64,000 bases of DNA, from assembly GCA_003140175.1 (NCBI GenBank), contig PLJD01000015.1, positions 9,963-73,962 of the forward strand, given 5' to 3'. The notes below the pieces were generated by a model. That model was not told where the DNA came from and searched no databases. It worked only from the letters and a program-made list of their open reading frames with translations. The position numbers and the translations under genes are program-made. The stretch comes from Actinomycetota bacterium (lineage in GTDB: Bacteria > Actinomycetota > Acidimicrobiia > IMCC26256 > PALSA-555). Shown here piece by piece: positions 34,873-43,856 of the stretch (its first letter is position 1; every line of letters begins with the position of its first letter).

Positions 34873-35433
34873 ATGGCTGAACCTGGGGGCAGTGGACCGA
34901 TCGGGCCATACCCGCCCGGCGTTGAGACCGATGAGCAGAGGGTGGAGTACGACAAGCTGCGCCGTCGGGTCCTCTGGAAGATGCCGTCCGGTCTCTATGT
35001 CGTCGGCTCGCGGGGACCGGAGACGAGGAACCTGATGACTGCGAACTGGGTGACGCAACTTTCCTTTGACCCGAAGTGGGTGGGCGTCGGGATTGAGAAC
35101 GCCGCGCTGACGCACGAACTCATCGTGCAGGGCGCCAGCTTCAGCGTCTGCTTCATCGATCGCGAGGACCGGGCCATCGTGCGCAAGTTCACCAAGCCGG
35201 TGGAGTTCGACGAGACCGCCCAGACGTTGAGCGGGTTCCCCTTCATCGAACGGGTGACCGGCGCGCCCATCCTCGCTCAGTCGGTGGCGTTCCTGGACTG
35301 CGAGCTGCGGGAGCAGGTGAGTGCAGGCAACCACACCTTCTTCGTCGGCGAGGTCGTCGACTGCGGATTCCTACGCGGCGAGCAGACGCCCGTCCTAGGG
35401 ATGGAAGACACCCGCATGAACTACGGCGGGTAG
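34873..35433 (+). CDS. flavin reductase family protein
   Basis: PSGLYVVGSRGPETRNLMTANW and HTFFVGEVV blocks, typical of the flavin reductase-like FMN-binding fold. Confidence 0.85.
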   Translation: MAEPGGSGPIGPYPPGVETDEQRVEYDKLRRRVLWKMPSGLYVVGSRGPETRNLMTANWVTQLSFDPKWVGVGIENAALTHELIVQGASFSVCFIDREDRAIVRKFTKPVEFDETAQTLSGFPFIERVTGAPILAQSVAFLDCELREQVSAGNHTFFVGEVVDCGFLRGEQTPVLGMEDTRMNYGG

Positions 35434-35551
35434 GTCCGCCCGGTTCGCTGCGAGCCCCGGACCCGCGCCGCCGACCGCCCTGCCCTCGGGCCCCAGCCCA
35501 CCGCCGTGACCCGGGATTGACCCCTCGGGCCAGCTTGGGAGCCGCCCCTGC

Positions 35552-35968
35552 TCAGCTGCCTTTCCCGGTCAGACGATCCCACCAGGTTCGCTGCTCCGGC
35601 GCCGGACTCTTCGCCGGCTGAAACGGTGGAGCGACCGCCGGGGCCGGACCAGCCGGGGCCGGGGTGGGAGCAGGCGCGGGAGCGGAGATCCGGCTGGGCG
35701 CCCGGGCCGGCCGCTTGGCGGTGGTCTTGCGGGACGCGGCCTTCTTCGTGGTCCGCTTTTTGGCGGGCCGCTTGGCGCTGGCCCTGCGGGCGGTGGTCTT
35801 GCGGGACGCGGCTCTCTTCGTGGTCCGCTTCTTGGCGGGCCGCTTGGCGCTGGCCCTGCGGGACGGGGCCTTCTTCGTGGTCCGCTTCTTGGCCGGTGCT
35901 CGGCGGGCTGGTTTTCGAGCCGCTGTCTTGCGCGCCGGGCGCTTCCGGGTGGTGCGTTTCGCCGCCAT
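35552..35968 (-). CDS. highly basic Lys/Arg/Ala/Thr-rich tandem-repeat protein (histone-H1-like low complexity) with Pro/Ala-rich tail
   Basis: MMAAKRTTRKRPARK...; three copies of about RASAKRPAKKRTTK(R/K)AASRKTTA(R/K), then APAPAPTPAPAGPAPAVAPP and a WWDRLTGKGS end. AAGGGGGA SD-like purine run just upstream of the tandem ATGs (35971 and 35968). Confidence 0.6.
   Translation of the reverse strand: MAAKRTTRKRPARKTAARKPARRAPAKKRTTKKAPSRRASAKRPAKKRTTKRAASRKTTARRASAKRPAKKRTTKKAASRKTTAKRPARAPSRISAPAPAPTPAPAGPAPAVAPPFQPAKSPAPEQRTWWDRLTGKGS
35709..35894. repeat. three imperfect tandem copies of a 57-72 nt unit (coding, in frame)
   Basis: The unit seed ggccgcttggcg recurs at 35709, 35766 and 35838. 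The middle copy is 72 nt. The outer copies lack different ~15-nt segments. The repeat encodes the basic repeats of the minus-strand protein. Confidence 0.8.
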
Positions 35969-36056
35969 CATTCCCCCTTGTCGGCCCCACGTGGCCGAGT
36001 GCCGCGAATCCTGCCACGCCGGACGTGTCGGTGGGGGGATCGGTACGCTGCGCTTG

Positions 36057-37094
36057 GTGGCTCGAGTCGAACAGGTCCCCGCGACCCCCGGCGATCAGCG
36101 CTGGGGGGTGCTCCGTCGGTGGCGCCACGCGCTCGCCACCGGGAACCCTCCGCCCGGCCCCACCGACCCGGTCACCCGCTGGCTGGTGATCTCGCGCGCC
36201 TCGGTGCTGCCCATGACGATCACCGCGGGGCTCTTGGCCCTGCTGCTGGCATGGTGGAACGACGACGCGCACCTCGACGTCGGTCTCTGGGCGCTGGCCG
36301 CGGTGGGCCTGGTGCTCGCGCACGTGGCGAACAACCTGATGAACGATCTCTGGGACCTGAAGGTCGGCACCGACACGGAGCGCTACCCCCGGGCGCTCTA
36401 CGCGCCGCACCCCGTGCTGTCGGGGATGACGACCCGGCGCGGGCTCCTGGTGCGGGCCCTGGCGGCGAACGTCGCCGACCTGGCGATCCTCGGGGTGCTC
36501 GTCGCCGCCCGCGATGCCTGGATCATCGCGTTCGCGCTCGGCGGGTTCGTGTTGTCGGTCGCCTATACGGCGCCGCCGCTGCGGCTCAAGAAGCACGGGC
36601 TCGGCGAGCCCACCGTCTTCGTGGTGTGGGGTCCGCTCATGGTGGGCGGCACCTACTACGCCGCGGTGGGGCATCTTCCGTGGCAGATCGTGGTCGCCTC
36701 GATGCCCTACGCGTTGCTCTGCACCGCGGTGCTGATGGGCAAGCACGTCGACAAGATTCCCTGGGACCAGCCCGACGGGACCCGCACCCTCCCGGTGCTC
36801 CTCGGCGAGCGGCGCGCCCGCGCCGCCACCCGGGCGATGATGCTGGCCTTCTACCCGCTGGTCGGGCTCCTCGTCGCCGTCGGAACCCTGCCGGTGCTCT
36901 CGCTGGTGTGCCTGCTGGGGCTGTTGCGCCTGGCAAAGATCTGGAAGCCGTTCTCGGCCCCGAAACCCGACCAGCCACCCGAGGGGTTCCCCATCTGGCC
37001 GCTGTGGTTCGCGGCCTTAGCGTTCGTGCACACCCGGCGGGCCGGCGGACTGCTCCTCCTCGGGATGCTCCTCGGGATCCTGATCGGCCACTGA
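36057..37094 (+). CDS. UbiA-family prenyltransferase (second paralogue besides menA)
   Basis: Asp-rich motif HVANNLMNDLWDLKVGTD and a second motif GKHVDKIPWDQPDGTRTLP. 8-9 hydrophobic helices. The start is uncertain (GTG 36057 or upstream). The N-terminal 130 aa of ORF 35664..37094 are antisense to the repeat protein. Confidence 0.75.
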   Translation: MARVEQVPATPGDQRWGVLRRWRHALATGNPPPGPTDPVTRWLVISRASVLPMTITAGLLALLLAWWNDDAHLDVGLWALAAVGLVLAHVANNLMNDLWDLKVGTDTERYPRALYAPHPVLSGMTTRRGLLVRALAANVADLAILGVLVAARDAWIIAFALGGFVLSVAYTAPPLRLKKHGLGEPTVFVVWGPLMVGGTYYAAVGHLPWQIVVASMPYALLCTAVLMGKHVDKIPWDQPDGTRTLPVLLGERRARAATRAMMLAFYPLVGLLVAVGTLPVLSLVCLLGLLRLAKIWKPFSAPKPDQPPEGFPIWPLWFAALAFVHTRRAGGLLLLGMLLGILIGH

Positions 37095-37167
37095 CCCCGG
37101 CCCCGCCCGCTGCGCCAGTTGTCCGGTTTCGCGGCTCGGGAGCCGGAGGCCAAGCAGAGCGGACCGG

Positions 37168-38985
37168 TTGCGAGACCGACGAGTATCGTCGAATCCCGTG
37201 CGTCGAGGGATTCTGGTTGTCTCGGCGTCGATGGGAGCAGGCCACGACGGGGCCGCGCGGGAGCTGGAGCGCCGTCTCGTGGCCCGCGGTCACGACGTGC
37301 GGGTCATTGACTACCTACACCTCATTCCCTTCAAGCTGGGCGGTGTCGTCCGCTGGACGTACCTCTTCCAGCTGAAGGTCCTGCCCTGGACCTACGACAT
37401 GACCTACAAGGCCCTCGGCGTCGGCGCACCCGTGCTGTGGGGCCCCGTCGTGCGGCTCATGAGCCTCACCACCCGCCGCTCCCTGCACCGAGAGCTGCTC
37501 GACTCCCGCCCTGACGCCATCGTCTCGACCTACCCGCTGGCCTCGCTGGTCCTCGGCCGGATGCGCAAGAAGGGCTGGCTGCGGGTACCGGTCGCCACCT
37601 ATCTCACCGACTTCGCCGTCCACCCGCTGTGGGTGCATCCCGGGGTCGACGTGCATCTGGCGGTCAGCCCGCTCTCAGCCCAAACCGCCGCCAAGCGGGG
37701 TGGCCACACCAACTTCGCGTCGGGTCCGCTGGTCGGCGACCCGTTCCGTGAGGGCTCGCACCGGCCGACTCGCCGCCAGGAGATGCGGCGCCGACTGGGG
37801 ATCGACGACGACGAACGGGCCGTGCTGGTGGTGGCCGGCTCGTGGGGTGTCGGGGACGTGCCCGACACGGTCGCGTCGATCGTCGCCGCCGGTCCGTACC
37901 ACCCGATCACGGTCTGTGGCCGCGACGAGAAGCTACGCGCCGCGCTCGTCGAGGAATGCCTCGGCGGGACCGTGGTCGGCTGGACCGACGAGATGCCCGC
38001 GCTCATGGCCGCGGCCGACGCGCTGGTCGAGAACGCGGGTGGGCTCACCGCGATGGAGGCCTTCGCCGCCGGCGTCCCGGTCGTGTCGTTCCATCCCATC
38101 GCCGGGCACGGCAAAGAGAACGCCAAGACCATGGCGACCTCCGGAGTCAGCCGCTACGCCCACAGCGACGCCGACCTCGCCGACGCCCTCGACGAATCCA
38201 CCACCCCCGGCCCGGCGCGCGACGAGCTCATCGCCGCGGGACACCGTCTCTTCGCCGGCGACCCGACCGACCACGTCGAAGACCTCGCCGCCAACACCCG
38301 CGCCGACGCGCTCCTGATCCCCCTCGAGTTTCCCAAGGCGCGTCGACGGGTGTCCTTCGCGGCGCTCGGGATCGTCGGGCTCTACCTCGCCATGACCATC
38401 GGCGCCCAAGGCGCCGCGGCCCTCGGGGTTGGGGTCGCGAAGCCACCAAAAGCAGCCACCCGTGACGTCTTCTTGGGCGTGCGCGTCAACCGCGCCGACC
38501 TCAAGAGCCACCAGGTCACCTCCGCGATCGACCACCTCGGCGTGACGGTCGTCGTCGACGGGCGCACCGCGATGCAATCTGGGCCCCAGCTCACCCCCCT
38601 GGCCGCCGACGGCGTCGACATCGCCAACGGCGGGATGGGCCGACGCGGGAGCCTGCTGCGCTGGAACCGGGCGCGCGACGACTGCACGAAATCCTGGCGG
38701 GAGATCGCGGCGCGGACCGGCGTCCACCCCCGCGAGTTCGTGCCCAGCCGACGAATCGACGGGTTCGACCAGATCTACTGCCGCAGCGGGAAGGACCAGC
38801 AGCGGCTCGTCGAGGCGAACCACACGTTCCAGCCCGGCTCCGTACCCCAGCCCCACGGCCACAACGTGTACGTCCTCGACGGACGCCACCGCAGCCCCGC
38901 CACGGTCGCCGCCAGCCTCGAGCGCTTCGCGACGAACGTCCGCCACCAGGGACTGCACCTGAAGTCGCTCGAGGGTCTGCGCTGA
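37168..38985 (+). CDS. MGDG-synthase/UgtP-like GT28 glycosyltransferase fused to a TM segment and a degenerate polysaccharide-deacetylase-like domain
   Basis: N-terminal ILVVSASMGAGHDGAAREL and GT-B C-terminal block ENAGGLTAMEAFAAGVPVV. TM segment VSFAALGIVGLYLAMTIGAQGAAALGV. The C-terminal ~175 aa lack TFDDG/HxxxH. GTG 37198 is a likely alternative start. Confidence 0.72.
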   Translation: MRDRRVSSNPVRRGILVVSASMGAGHDGAARELERRLVARGHDVRVIDYLHLIPFKLGGVVRWTYLFQLKVLPWTYDMTYKALGVGAPVLWGPVVRLMSLTTRRSLHRELLDSRPDAIVSTYPLASLVLGRMRKKGWLRVPVATYLTDFAVHPLWVHPGVDVHLAVSPLSAQTAAKRGGHTNFASGPLVGDPFREGSHRPTRRQEMRRRLGIDDDERAVLVVAGSWGVGDVPDTVASIVAAGPYHPITVCGRDEKLRAALVEECLGGTVVGWTDEMPALMAAADALVENAGGLTAMEAFAAGVPVVSFHPIAGHGKENAKTMATSGVSRYAHSDADLADALDESTTPGPARDELIAAGHRLFAGDPTDHVEDLAANTRADALLIPLEFPKARRRVSFAALGIVGLYLAMTIGAQGAAALGVGVAKPPKAATRDVFLGVRVNRADLKSHQVTSAIDHLGVTVVVDGRTAMQSGPQLTPLAADGVDIANGGMGRRGSLLRWNRARDDCTKSWREIAARTGVHPREFVPSRRIDGFDQIYCRSGKDQQRLVEANHTFQPGSVPQPHGHNVYVLDGRHRSPATVAASLERFATNVRHQGLHLKSLEGLR

Positions 38986-39041
38986 GCGCAGCCCTCACTG
39001 CCGCGTACGCCGCGGCGGGCCTCGTTGGCGCGGCGGGAGCC

Positions 39042-39734
39042 GTGCACGCCGGCCCGGCGCTCGCCGGCGTTTCCCCGTTCGGGATCCGCGTGACCCCCCG
39101 CCTCGTGGGTCGCGGTCAACCCGGGCACGTGGCGCTGACCTTCGACGACGGGCCCGACCCGGCTTCCACCCCGGCCATCCTCCACGAGCTCGACCGTCTC
39201 GGCTGGCACGCCACGTTCTTCATGCTCGGCACGATGGCCCGCCGCGCCCCGACCCTGGTGGAGGAGGTCACCGCCGCCGGCCACGAAGTCGCGGTCCACG
39301 GTGACGAGCATCGCAACCTGCTGCGCCGCACCCCCCGCCGAGCCCGCGACGACATCCAGCGCGCCACGGACACGGTCGCCGAGCTGACCGGCACCGAGCC
39401 GGTGTGGTTCCGGCCACCGTTTGGGCTCCTGTCCCTCGGCGCGCTCTCCGGCGCCAAGCGAGCCGGGCTCACCACCGTGCTGTGGACGACCTGGGGTCGA
39501 GACTGGCGTCAGGAGGCGACGCCCGACACCGTGGTTGCCGACGTGCTGCGCCGCTACGTCGACGGCGGCACCGTCTTGCTCCACGACTCGGACTGCGAGT
39601 CGTACCCCGGCTCGTGGCGCGCCACGCTCGGCGCGCTCGCGCCCCTCGCCGACCAGCTCGGTTCCCGCGGGCTCACCGTCGGGCCGTTGCGCGACCACGG
39701 GCTCGCCAGCCGCCGCGCCCCGACCCGCGTCTAA
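39042..39734 (+). CDS. NodB-type polysaccharide deacetylase (CE4), catalytic motifs intact
   Basis: TFDDGPD, HGDEH and RPPFG motifs read directly. Confidence 0.85.
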   Translation: MHAGPALAGVSPFGIRVTPRLVGRGQPGHVALTFDDGPDPASTPAILHELDRLGWHATFFMLGTMARRAPTLVEEVTAAGHEVAVHGDEHRNLLRRTPRRARDDIQRATDTVAELTGTEPVWFRPPFGLLSLGALSGAKRAGLTTVLWTTWGRDWRQEATPDTVVADVLRRYVDGGTVLLHDSDCESYPGSWRATLGALAPLADQLGSRGLTVGPLRDHGLASRRAPTRV

Positions 39735-39737
39735 GTC

Positions 39738-40619
39738 ATGGCCCTCTCCGTCGTCTTCGCGCTCAGCGCCGGGCTCTGCTACGCCCTTGCCGCGGTGGTG
39801 CAACAGCGCGTCGCGGGGAAACAAGACGACGAGCTCTCCCTGTCACTCCGGCTCATCTGGGCCCTGGCCCGTCGGCCGCTCTGGCTGGCGGGCATCGCCG
39901 TCGACCTTGGTGCGTACTGCTTCGAGGCCGCCGCCCTCGGCTTCGGATCGATCATCGTCGTGGGGCCGCTGATGGCCAGCGGACTGCTCTTCGCCTTGCC
40001 GTTCGCGTCGTTTCGCACCGGACGGCGCGTCACCCGCCGAGAGATGATCCCGGCCGTGATGATCACCGCCGGCCTCGCCGTCTACGTCGCGGTCGGGGCG
40101 CCGGGCGGCACGACGTCGCACGCCGCGCACTGGGCCTGGGGCGTGGCGGGCGGGGTCGTGATCGTCGCGTCCGCAACCCTGGTCCTGCTCGGGCGGCGCG
40201 CCCGCGAGCCTGGCCGGCGTGCCGCGTGCTACGGGCTCGCCACCGGCATCGTGTACAGCCTCACCGCGGTGCTCACGAAAGCCACCGTCGACCGCCTGAC
40301 CCCGCAGGTGCTACCCATCCTCGGGCACTGGCAGCTCTACGCGCTGCTGCTCGCCTCGGCGGTCGGTCTCGTCCTGAACCAGAGCGCCTTCCAAGCCGGC
40401 CACATCGCGGCCTCGCTGCCCGCGATCTCCGTCGCGAACCCGGTGTTCGCCTCCATCATGGGCGTCGTGCTCTTCGGGGAGCACCTCGGCGCCACCGGCG
40501 CGGCCGCGTGGTTGCTCTGCGGCGCCGCCATCGTGGTCATGATCATCGGCACCCTCTGGCTGGCGCGCTCACCACTGGTCACCGAAGAAGTCGCCCACGT
40601 CCCCGCGCTCGAGGTGTGA
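39738..40619 (+). CDS. multi-pass membrane protein (DMT/EamA-like superfamily)
   Basis: About 9-10 hydrophobic helices. 3-nt gap after the deacetylase gene. Family assignment is from general appearance only. Confidence 0.55.
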   Translation: MALSVVFALSAGLCYALAAVVQQRVAGKQDDELSLSLRLIWALARRPLWLAGIAVDLGAYCFEAAALGFGSIIVVGPLMASGLLFALPFASFRTGRRVTRREMIPAVMITAGLAVYVAVGAPGGTTSHAAHWAWGVAGGVVIVASATLVLLGRRAREPGRRAACYGLATGIVYSLTAVLTKATVDRLTPQVLPILGHWQLYALLLASAVGLVLNQSAFQAGHIAASLPAISVANPVFASIMGVVLFGEHLGATGAAAWLLCGAAIVVMIIGTLWLARSPLVTEEVAHVPALEV

Positions 40620-40630
40620 GCGGGGCCGCT

Positions 40631-41524
40631 CTAGTTCTGGAGGTCGAGGAGCGCGTCAGCGACGCGCGCGAGTTCGGGCCGCCAGTCGTCGGGTTCGGCG
40701 AGGGGGACGAGCACGAGCTTCGAGAATCCCACCGCGACGAACTCGACCAGGCGGGCCCGCAGGGCGGGGAGGCCGATGGGGACGAGGTCGGCGGGGTCGA
40801 GCTCGGGACGGAGCGCGGCGAGGCGGGTCGCCAGGGTGGCGGGGATCTCGTCGTGGGCGTAGGTGACCATGGCTCCGAAGTGCTCGACGTCAACGGCCCG
40901 GTTCGCGCTCCGGGCGGCCTCCTCGATGACGGGTCGCCCCGCGGCGCAGTCGTCGGGTGTGCAGAAGCTGGCCAGCCAGCCGTCGCCGAGCCGCCCGCAC
41001 CGTCGCAGCTCGCTCGGCGCGCGCCCGCCGAGCCAGACATCGAGCGGCGATTGGATCGGCTTGGGCCGCACGGTCAGGGCGTGATAGCGGAAGTGTTCGC
41101 CGTCGTGATCGACGTCGTCTTCGGCCCACAGCCGTCGCAGCAGGGGCAGCGCCTCGTCGAAGATGGGGGCGCGAGCCTCGCGGGCGATGCCGAACGCCTG
41201 GTGCTCGGCGGCGACGGGGTTGCCGAGTCCGAACGCGGGGAGTGCCCGTCCGTTCGAAAGGCGGTCGAGGCTGGCCCAGGCCTTCGCGAGCAGCGCGGGG
41301 TTGCGTCCCGGGAGCACCTGGACGCTGGTGCCGAGCTTCAGCCGTTGGGTGCGACCCGCGGCGAACGAGAGCCCGATCAGGGGGTCGGGGGTGTCGCCCG
41401 CCACCCGCTCGGAGAGCCAGAGGGAGTCGAAGTGGTGTTCCTCGAGGCCGTCGACGAGCTGAGCGAAGCGGGCCTCGTCGCGCAGGCCCTGGACGCCGAG
41501 CCCGAAGCCGACGCGGACCTTCAC
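40631..41524 (-). CDS. LLM-class (luciferase-like) F420-dependent oxidoreductase
   Basis: HFDSLWLSERV, VWLGGRAP, and a general LLM pattern. The GTG start overlaps the acyl-CoA dehydrogenase stop (GTGA). Confidence 0.75.
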   Translation of the reverse strand: MKVRVGFGLGVQGLRDEARFAQLVDGLEEHHFDSLWLSERVAGDTPDPLIGLSFAAGRTQRLKLGTSVQVLPGRNPALLAKAWASLDRLSNGRALPAFGLGNPVAAEHQAFGIAREARAPIFDEALPLLRRLWAEDDVDHDGEHFRYHALTVRPKPIQSPLDVWLGGRAPSELRRCGRLGDGWLASFCTPDDCAAGRPVIEEAARSANRAVDVEHFGAMVTYAHDEIPATLATRLAALRPELDPADLVPIGLPALRARLVEFVAVGFSKLVLVPLAEPDDWRPELARVADALLDLQN

Positions 41525-42735
41525 GCGCGGAAGGCCTCGTAGCGGCGGAGCTCGCGCCGGGCGATCTGGGCGAGATGCACCTCGTCGGGTCCGTCGACGA
41601 GGTGCAGGGCCCGCGCGTACGTGTACATCTCGGCCAGGGGCCAGTCGTCGGAGACGCCGGCGCCGCCGAAGACCTGGATGGCCCGGTCGATGACGGTGGT
41701 CGCCAGACGCGCCGCGACGACCTTGATCGCGCCGATCTCGAAACGGGCCCCCTTGTTGCCGACGGTGTCCATGAGCCAGGCGGCCTTCATCGTGAGGAGG
41801 CGGGCCTGCTCGATGTCGATTCGGCTCTCGGCGACGCTCTGTTGGACGACCGCGTTGTCGGCGAGGTGCTGGCCGAACGCCACCCGCTGCTGGGCCCGGG
41901 TGCAGAGCAGCCCGAGGGCCCGTTCCGCCATGCCGATGGCCCGCATGCAGTGATGGATGCGACCCGGTCCGAGGCGAGCCTGGGCGAGCGCGAAGCCGCC
42001 GCCCTCCTCGCCGAGCAGGGAGTTGGCGGGGAGCCGCACGTTCTCGTACAGCGTCTCGCAGTGACCGCCGCCCGCGTCGTGCCCCATCAGGGGGAGGGTT
42101 CGCACGATGCGCACGCCGGGCGCGTCGAGCGGCACGAGGATCATCGAGTGGCGGTGGTAGGGGTCGGCGTCAGGGTTCGACACGCCGAGCAGGATCGCGA
42201 AGCGACAGCGGGGCGACGCCGCGCCGCTCGTCCACCACTTGTGGGCGTTGACCACGTAGTGGTCGCCGTCCCGCTCGATGCGGCTCGCGATGTTCGTGGC
42301 GTCGCTGCTCGCGACCCAGGGCTCCGTCATCGCGAAACAGGAGCGGATCTCGCCCTCGAGGAGTGGGCGCAGGAACTCCTCTTGCTGGAGCGGGGTCCCG
42401 AACGCGGCCAGGATCTCCATGTTCCCGGTGTCGGGCGCCGAGCAGTTGGTGGCCTCCGCCGCGAGTGGGCTCGCGCCCATCAGCTCACACAGCGGCGCGT
42501 ACTCGACGTTCGTCAAGCCGGCGCCGAAGCGCGGGTCGGGCAAGAACAGGTTCCACAAGTTGCGGGAGCGCGCGTCGCGCTTGAGGTCCTCCATCACCGG
42601 CGGGTGGAAATGCGGGTCGCCCGACGCCTCGACCTGTTGGCGGAAGACGGGGACCGCCGGCTCCACGCGCTCGTCGATGAATGCACGCAAGCGCTCCCGG
42701 AGGGCTTCGGTTCGGGCCGAGACAGCGAACTCCAT
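41521..42735 (-). CDS. acyl-CoA dehydrogenase (FadE2-like)
   Basis: Starts at MEFAVSARTEALRERL (ATG 42735). Blocks CFAMTEPWVASSDATNI and QVFGGAGVSDDWPLA. The upstream 253 aa of ORF 41521..43494 are antisense junk. Confidence 0.88.
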   Translation of the reverse strand: MEFAVSARTEALRERLRAFIDERVEPAVPVFRQQVEASGDPHFHPPVMEDLKRDARSRNLWNLFLPDPRFGAGLTNVEYAPLCELMGASPLAAEATNCSAPDTGNMEILAAFGTPLQQEEFLRPLLEGEIRSCFAMTEPWVASSDATNIASRIERDGDHYVVNAHKWWTSGAASPRCRFAILLGVSNPDADPYHRHSMILVPLDAPGVRIVRTLPLMGHDAGGGHCETLYENVRLPANSLLGEEGGGFALAQARLGPGRIHHCMRAIGMAERALGLLCTRAQQRVAFGQHLADNAVVQQSVAESRIDIEQARLLTMKAAWLMDTVGNKGARFEIGAIKVVAARLATTVIDRAIQVFGGAGVSDDWPLAEMYTYARALHLVDGPDEVHLAQIARRELRRYEAFRA

Positions 42736-42760
42736 GGGGTCGCACCCTAACCTCGGGTTC

Positions 42761-43849
42761 GTGATCGACGTCCGCCTGCTCGCCCTCGGGATCGCCTGGC
42801 TCCTCGGCTGGTACCTGTGCTGGCGGCTGCACACCGTCCCGTACGCCCGCGAACCGCAGGCGGCCATGCGACCGCCGTCGGTGGTGATCCCCGCCCGCGA
42901 CGAGGCCGAGACCCTCGCGACGGTCCTGACCGGACTCGCCTCGCAGACCGCGCCGGTGGCCGAGGTCATCGTCGTCGACGACCGCTCCCAGGACACGACC
43001 GCCGCGGTGGCCACCGCCCGGGGGGCTCGGGTCCTCGCCGGCCAAGCGTTGCCCGCCGGCTGGACCGGCAAGAGCTGGGCGCTGTTCCAGGGTGTGCAGG
43101 CCGCGCGAGCCGAGGTCGTGGTGTGCCTCGACGCCGACGTCGATCCGTCGTCGCACCTCATCGCCCGGCTGGGACGCTGCTTCGCCGACCGGGGCGGTCT
43201 CGTCTCGGTGCAGCCGTACCACGAGATGCGCCGGGCCTGGGAGCGGGCGGCCGCGTTCTTCAACCTGGTGGCGGTGATGGGCGTCGGGTTGGCGTCGCCG
43301 GGACCGTCGCGGGCGCGCGAACGCGCCGCGTTCGGGCCGTGTCTGGTGGCGCGCCGCGACGCGCTGCTGACCCACGTCGCGCACCGCTCGGTGCGGCACT
43401 CCGTCGTCGAGGACGTCGCGCTCGCCCGCCGCTTCGGAGCCGCCGACGAGCCAGTGACGTGCTTCGGCGGCGGCGATCTCGTCGCCTTCCGCATGTACGA
43501 CCGGCCCGGACGGCTTGTGGAAGGCTTCGCGAAGAACTTCGCCGCGGGGGCCGCGGCGACGCCGCGGCTGCGGTTGCTCGCGATCGTCGCGTGGATCGGC
43601 GCGTGCCTCGTGGCGGGCGTCGGCGTGCTCGGCGGCGGCCCGGTCGCCCTGCTGGTCTACGCGGCGTTCGCCGTCCAGTGCTTCGTGATGCTGCGCCAGC
43701 TCGGGAACTTCGGGATCGTCGCCGCGCTGCTCTTCCCGGTGCTGGCCGTCGTGTTCGTCGCGGTCTTCCTCGCGTCGCTCGTGCTGGTGGTTCGAGGCGA
43801 GGTGCGGTGGAAGGGCCGCACGATCCGCCTGCGCGGCGCCGACGAGTAG
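42761..43849 (+). CDS. membrane GT2 glycosyltransferase, CrtQ-like (diaponeurosporenoate glycosyltransferase family appearance)
   Basis: N-terminal TM, then SVVIPARDEAETL, VIVVDDRSQD and LDADV, then C-terminal TM helices. GTG 42761 preferred. ATG 42734 would overlap the divergent ACAD start within CCATGG. Confidence 0.68.
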   Translation: MIDVRLLALGIAWLLGWYLCWRLHTVPYAREPQAAMRPPSVVIPARDEAETLATVLTGLASQTAPVAEVIVVDDRSQDTTAAVATARGARVLAGQALPAGWTGKSWALFQGVQAARAEVVVCLDADVDPSSHLIARLGRCFADRGGLVSVQPYHEMRRAWERAAAFFNLVAVMGVGLASPGPSRARERAAFGPCLVARRDALLTHVAHRSVRHSVVEDVALARRFGAADEPVTCFGGGDLVAFRMYDRPGRLVEGFAKNFAAGAAATPRLRLLAIVAWIGACLVAGVGVLGGGPVALLVYAAFAVQCFVMLRQLGNFGIVAALLFPVLAVVFVAVFLASLVLVVRGEVRWKGRTIRLRGADE

Positions 43850-43856
43850 GCCGGCG

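Noticed and set aside
35709-35894. Tandem repeats considered as a CRISPR array or non-coding VNTR
   Set aside because: There are only three imperfect units of 57-72 nt with no unique spacers. They are in frame within a coding sequence and encode the Lys/Arg repeats.
35421-36746. Minus-strand ORF 35421..36746 (441 aa) and the first ~130 codons of plus ORF 35664..37094
   Set aside because: These are shadow frames of the basic repeat protein and the UbiA prenyltransferase. The repeat region translates to repetitive sequence in every frame, but only the minus frame 35552..35971 has an SD and a plausible start and end.
42734-42760. ATG 42734 as the start of the CrtQ-like GT2
   Set aside because: It would make the two divergent start codons overlap within CCATGG, leaving no promoter space. 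GTG 42761 directly precedes the first TM helix. The alternative is kept in the feature note.
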